Origin: Cyanophora paradoxa CCMP329
Taxonomy: Eukaryota; Plantae; Glaucophyta
Assembly: GCA_004431415.1 (NCBI GenBank)
Contig: QPMI01000454.1
Coordinates: 1 to 64,000, forward strand
Direction of reading: 5' to 3'
DNA length: 64,000 bases
Each line of letters opens with the position of its first letter. The stretch's first letter is position 1. Made by a program: the position numbers and the translations under genes. Under the pieces are notes generated by a model. It did not search any database. It was not told the origin of the DNA and saw only the letters and a list, made by a program, of their open reading frames with translations. Below, in pieces: positions 58,571 to 64,000 of the stretch.

Positions 58571-58653
58571 GAGGGGGGGGGGGGGGGGGGGGGGGATGAC
58601 AGAGGGACGGAGGGTTATTCCACATCACGGGCTCGGCTGCGGCATGTGTGCGG

Positions 58654-61600
58654 TCAGAGGTCACGCTTTGACAGGAAGGCAGCCGGCCGCACCGAGGCCT
58701 CGTCGAGCGTGCCCTCCATCTCCTCGAACTTGCGCTTCATGGTGCGCTGGAACGCGTTCTCCATGTTGCGCTTGAACTCCTCCTCCATCTCCTCGAACTT
58801 GCGCTTCGTGGTGCGCTTGAGCTGCTCGAGCGCGCTCGCTGTGGCCGCTCTCGCCCGCCGCTCTGCCTCCAGCTCCCGCCGCGCCTCCTCGGCTGCACCC
58901 TGCGACGCGGTCAGGACTCTGGCGGCCCCGAGCTTGACGCCCAGCACGGCCTCGGGCCCACTCGCCTTCAGACGCACGTTCTCCTCCTCCAGCTTCCGCC
59001 ACGCCTCCTCGGCTGCACCCTGCGACGCAATCGCCACCTCCAGCTCCGCCTGCTTCGCGGCGGCATCGGCAAGCAGAGAGCTCTGTCCGGAGCCGCCAAG
59101 TAAGCGGTGTCGGGTTGACCCCCGCGGAAACGCAGATCCAGACCTGCTCGCGCCGGATGGCCGCCGCCTCCTCCTGTGCCGCCGCCAGCGCCCCCTCTGC
59201 TTTCTTCGCCCTCTGCAGCAGCTGCGCGGGTTCCAGCCCCTTGGGCCCGATCTCAACGAGGAAGGCGAGCGTGCCGCCGCACAGGAAGCCGGCCGCCGGG
59301 TCCGCCACGAGGGCGAGAGATTGGAAACAATGCCGTCCGAGGCTGACCATCGATTCTTTCATTTTGCAATTAGCCACCACGTCCTTGGTTGGGTCCTTGT
59401 TTAGGAGCTTGATGGTGAAGTCAGTCTTGAATGGAGCGCCATCTGCTTGTTCCAGATAAACCGCGAGGTGCTCCTTGCTCCTGCCGTCGCCGTTCTGCCC
59501 GTTCGGAGCTACCACCAATTTCCTGCTGACAAATGAGCTGGATCGCTTGCCACGAGATGCGGGTGGCACACCACTGCCTGTTGTTCTCCGGCATGACTAA
59601 GATGCATCTGCGCCCCTCGCCCGCCGCCTCCTTTCGCTTGAGGTAGTTCGGCACAATGACCACAAACGACTCGCGCTGCGGGGCCGGTGCGTCATGCGGC
59701 GAAAATATCCATCCGTCCAACCGAACTATGTATACGAAATGTAGCGCACCCCCTCAAGCGCCGTGTGGAGCACCTCCAGTCTCTGCCGTACGCGCTGCTC
59801 GCTCTCTAGCTGTTCCTGAGCGAGCCCCTGCCATGTCAGCCCGAGCCACGACCCCCGTACATGCGCAGGGCAATGACTCACCAGCAGCTGCGCGGCGTCC
59901 GGCCCCTTGGGCCCGATCTCGACGAGGAAGGTAAGCGTGCCGCCGCACAGGAAGCCGGCCGCCGGGTCCGCCACTTGGCAGAGATCCTCGAAACGTGACC
60001 GTCCGAAGCTGTCCTCTGATTCCTTCATTTTGCAATTATCCACCACGTCTTTGGTTGGGCCCTTGTTCAGGAGCTTGATGGTGAAGTCGGTCTTGAATGG
60101 AGCGCCATCTGCTCGTTCCAGATAAACTGCGAGGTGCTCCTTGCTCCTGCCGTCGCCGTCGCTGTCGCTGTTCTCCCCGTTCGGAGCTACCACCAATTTC
60201 CTGCTGACAAATGAGCTCCGGGGATCCAATGGACCGCCTGCGACGAGATGCGGGTGGCACACCACTGCCTGTTGTTCTCGGGTGTGAATGTGTTGTATCT
60301 GCGCCCCTCACCCGAATCCTCCTTCCGCTTAAGGTAGTTCGGCACAATGACCACGAACGACTCGCGCTGCGGGGCCGGTGCGTCATACGGCGAAATCCAT
60401 CCGTCCAACCGAACTATGTATACGAAATGTAGCGCACTCCCTCAAGCGTCGTGTGGAGCACCTCCAGTCTCTGCCGTACGCGCTGCTCGCTCTCTAGCTG
60501 TTCCTGAGCGAGCCCCTGCCATGTCAGCCCGAGCCACGACCCCCGTACATGCGCAGGGCAATGACTCACCAGCAGCTGCGCGGCGTCCGGCCCCTTGGGC
60601 CCGATCTCGACGAGGAAGGCGAGCGTGCCGCCGCACAGGAAGCCGGCCGCCGGGTCCGCCACGTGGCAGAGATCCTTGAAACGTGACCGTCCGAAGCTGT
60701 CCTCTGATTCCTTCATTTTGCAATTATCCACCACGTCTTTGGTTGGGTCCTTGTTTAGGAGCTTGATGGTGAAGTCGGTCTTGAATGGAGCGCCATCTGC
60801 TCGTTCCAGATAAACTGCGAGGTGCTCCTTGCTCCTGCCGTCGCCGTCGCTGTCGCTGTTCTCCCCGTTCGGAGCTACCACCAATTTCCTGCTGACAAAT
60901 GAGCTCCGGGGATCCAATGGACCGCCTGCGACGAGATGCGGGTGGCACACCACTGCCTGTTGTTCTCGGGTGTGAATGTGTTGTATCTGCGCCCCTCACC
61001 CGAATCCTCCTTCCGCTTGAGGTAGTTCGGCACAATGACCACGAACGACTCGCGCTGCGGGGCCGTGCGTCATGCGGCGAAATCCATCCGTCCAACCGAA
61101 CTATGTATACGAAATGTAGCGCACCCCCTCAAGCGCCGTGTGGAGCACCTCCAGTCTCTGCCGTACGCGCTGCTCGCTCTCTAGCTGTTCCTGAGCGAGC
61201 CCCTGCCATGTCAGCCCGATCGCGAGCCACAACCCCGTACATGCGCAGGGCAATGACTCACCAGCAGCTGCGCGGCATCCGGCCCCTTGGGCCCGATCTC
61301 GACGAGGAAAAGAAGCGCGCCGCCATGAAGGAAGCCAGCCGCAGGATCTGCCAGCGTTGAGAGAGTCTTGAAATACGCATCACCATGTTCGACTTTGGGA
61401 TCATCCATCTCCGCATCCCAAGAGACATTCTTGGTCCGGTCCTTGTTCACGAGCTTGATGGTGAAGTCGGTCTGGAATGGAGCGCCATCTGCTCGCTGCA
61501 GGAAGACTCCGAGGTAATCCTCGAGGTCTTCATCATCATCGTCCTTAGTCCCGTTCAAATTCATGCGCATTTGCCTGCGGGGCTTTTGAAAATTTGAAAT

Positions 61601-62649
61601 CTAGATCTAGAGGCCTATAGCTAGGGAATATATATTAATCTCGAATGCGAAAGCGACGGGATCTGGCGGGCGGGAAGCAAACAAACCACGGGCAATGCTC
61701 GCTGTCGCGATCGCCAGCATGCGCAGCTGGCGCGATGGTAATGGAGCCTCGCCCCTCGCCTGTTTCCTCCTTTCGCTCGAGGTAGTTCGGCACCGTGACG
61801 AGAAACGACGCGTGCTGCGGGGCCACACACACATGAGGTGAAGACCGTCATAGCTAGTTATGATACTGACCCCCTCATCACGTGGACGTGGACGTGCACG
61901 TGCACGTGGCTCTTGACGAAGGTGCCGGCACTTCGCCTCGTGCGCCTGCCAGGGCGTACGCTTGTCAGGATCAGCCCTCAAAGCTCGCGAGCCGCTGGGC
62001 CCAGATGCCGAGCGGACGGTGCACGAGAACGCACGGCGAGGTTGTCAGGGTGCATGCGCCTCTTGCAGCCGGCCGCGGTGCCTCTGCACGCCTGCTTTGC
62101 CTGGCATCCATGACCGTGCCTTTCACGCTTCCAGAGGGGGCCCTCCCAATCGCAGCCGTCGTCTTTGAAAGGGCAGCTGAGAATACAAATTAATGCTATC
62201 ATAGTATGATCTATAGATTTGGAAGTCTGGAGCAGCGCGCCAGCGCGTTTGCTTGTAATTATGGTCAGCGATCGCGACGCACAAGGTGGACCTCTGGCGG
62301 AGCTCGCCCTCGACGTCCTTGTTCTCCTCGGAGGCGTCCTTTCTGATCTCCTGTCGGCACCTGCCCAGTCGCAGACGTCCGCGCGCGGCCCCAATCAACA
62401 AATGCTCATGTAAAAGCCTATACAGTTAGAGCTAGATATAGCTATAGGGCGAGGGGACACGCACGTCGGGCACGTGACCACGGCGCCGTTCCTGAAGAGC
62501 TCATCGTGGCAAACCTTGCAGAACGTGTGCTTTCCCGGGCAGCTGACGCGCATGGGGCCCTCAAAGATGCAGAAGCAGATGGGGCAGTGGAGGTCGTCGT
62601 TCACGCTCGGAGGATTCACGAACATCCCAGTCTCACGAGCCCTGGCCAT
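58654..62649 (-). CDS. TRAF-like E3 ligase: RING + TRAF-type zinc finger(s) + four MATH domains + coiled coil (multi-exon)
   Basis: LHCPICFCIFEGPMRVSCPGKHTFCKVC...CPTC; CPFKDDGCDWEG; four copies of SFxVxVPNYL...(H/Y)L(A/G)V(Y/F)L....F.TDFTIKL.NK....ADPAAGFL.GG.L.FLVEI. Confidence 0.8.
59216..61830. repeat. Four tandem ~665-690 bp units, each one MATH module with its introns
   Basis: Unit landmark CAGCAGCTGCGCGG..CCCTTGGGCCCGATCTC at about 59217, 59882, 60570 and 61262; the two middle units are nearly identical (offset 688). Confidence 0.9.
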
Positions 62650-64000
62650 GTTTCTGGATCTAGATCTGCCACACCTGCGCATGCGGTTCGGTGCACGTGG
62701 GTCGTGATCTGTGCAGGCCTAGGGTCGTGATCATGATATCGATCGCTGTTATATAGATTCGCGGTTCACCTTCTGATTAAAACTACGCGATGACTCGAGC
62801 TCGCCGGCCTTGGTGTCAACGAAAGCAATCCTGTCCCCTGCTGCGCATGCACAATCATGATTAGAGCGCGAGCTGTAGCGGATCAAATCGATATCTCAGC
62901 GGCGATATCTAGATCCGCAGCACCCTGCAGGTTTAATTTTTAAAAAATCTTTTTTTGATAACAACGATCTTAAGTTTCAACGTTAACAACTCCGTGCCGC
63001 AGTGCGCGTGCGTGGCGGATACGCGCACCGATCGCGAGCTTCCGTGACGATGTCCTAACTTGCGATTGCGCACGAGAATGCGTCAGAGCGCGCGAGTCGT
63101 GGCAAGGGCACTAAAGCTCTAGCCCTATAGCTATAGCTAGCCTAAGTTGACGCGTACGTCGCGCGGTTACTGTTTGAATCGAAATAACCGCGGTTGCTGC
63201 AGGCCTTACGACGACGAGAGCTCTGGCGCACCCGTCAGGTTTAGACGTCAGGTTTAGCGATGATCCTCCCCGAGCGCCGGTTGCGCCACAGGAAGTTCTG
63301 CAGCTGCTCGCGCGCGGCGGATCGCGCTCCGAGCTTCCAGCGGAGGCCTTGCGATTGAAAGACCTCCTGATCTGCGCCGAGAATGAATCAGAGCGCGCGG
63401 GCCGTGGCGACGACGCTGACGCTGGCGCGCGCTGGCCGCGGCAGGTCAGCCGGCGAGCTACGACGACGCCGGAGCGAGCAACAGAGGCGCTAGCGGCCTC
63501 CGATCGCAGCGGTCGGCGATTTATAGACACGCGGCGCGCGCTCTCCGTGCTGCCGACGAACCTTGTTGCAGCCGCACCAAGCGACCGTACCCCTCTGCAG
63601 GGCTTCTCACCGATCCTGAGCCGCTCAGCCGCTGCTGAGTCGCCGACTCGCTGCTCAGAGGCTGCTCGTCTGCTGCTCTCGATCTCCTCAGGCTGCCGGC
63701 GCACTACCGGGCTTCTAGCCTCTCCCCAGCTGCTTTCAACTTCTCCGAGGTCATGCTGCCGGCTGCGCTCTGTACGCTGCCAGGCGTGTGCTGCACCAAA
63801 TGATGCAGTCAAAGATCTGGCGCCTTGTCATCCGTAGGTGGTGCGATCGAACCCTGCTGCGGAGATCGCCTTCTGATGATCCGTTCGCTTGCTCGGCAGG
63901 CGGGCCGAGCAGAATGGTTCTCCCGAGCCGCGCGGCCCGCGGGCGACCGCGAGACGCCCCTCGAAGCTCCCTCGAGGCTGCCTCCATCGCTGGCATTCGC

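Noticed and set aside
8000-58800. Hundreds of long Arg/Pro/Gly/Ala-rich ORFs on both strands
   Set aside because: Shadow ORFs caused by extreme GC content and stop-free introns; the real genes are spliced.
63111-64000. Gene at the right edge of the window
   Set aside because: Overlapping ORFs on both strands with no recognisable motif; strand and product cannot be assigned.

Overview
Eukaryotic genomic DNA from a very GC-rich, intron-dense, probably flagellated protist (inferred from TPPP/p25-alpha, ARMC2 and CCDC17-like genes). Bases 1-7854 are an AT-richer, intronless endogenous DNA virus. It carries an NCLDV-type double jelly-roll major capsid protein, two divergent penton-like genes, an A32-like packaging ATPase, a zinc-ribbon/Vsr-like endonuclease and iteron-like subterminal repeats. 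It ends exactly in a 95-nt strand-specific hairpin (28-bp perfect stem, G.A mismatches only, GAA triloop) and interrupts a host TmcB-like gene. The host part (7855-64000) holds about 12 multi-exon genes with many GC-AG introns. It also contains one U12-type AT-AC intron plus a 7-nt micro-exon inside a DHHC active-site motif, and a 599-bp LTR mini-retroelement (TRIM) whose identical LTRs carry a tRNA-like Pol III promoter. Host gene boundaries were inferred by eye and are approximate. Protein family calls come from motif recognition, not database searches.
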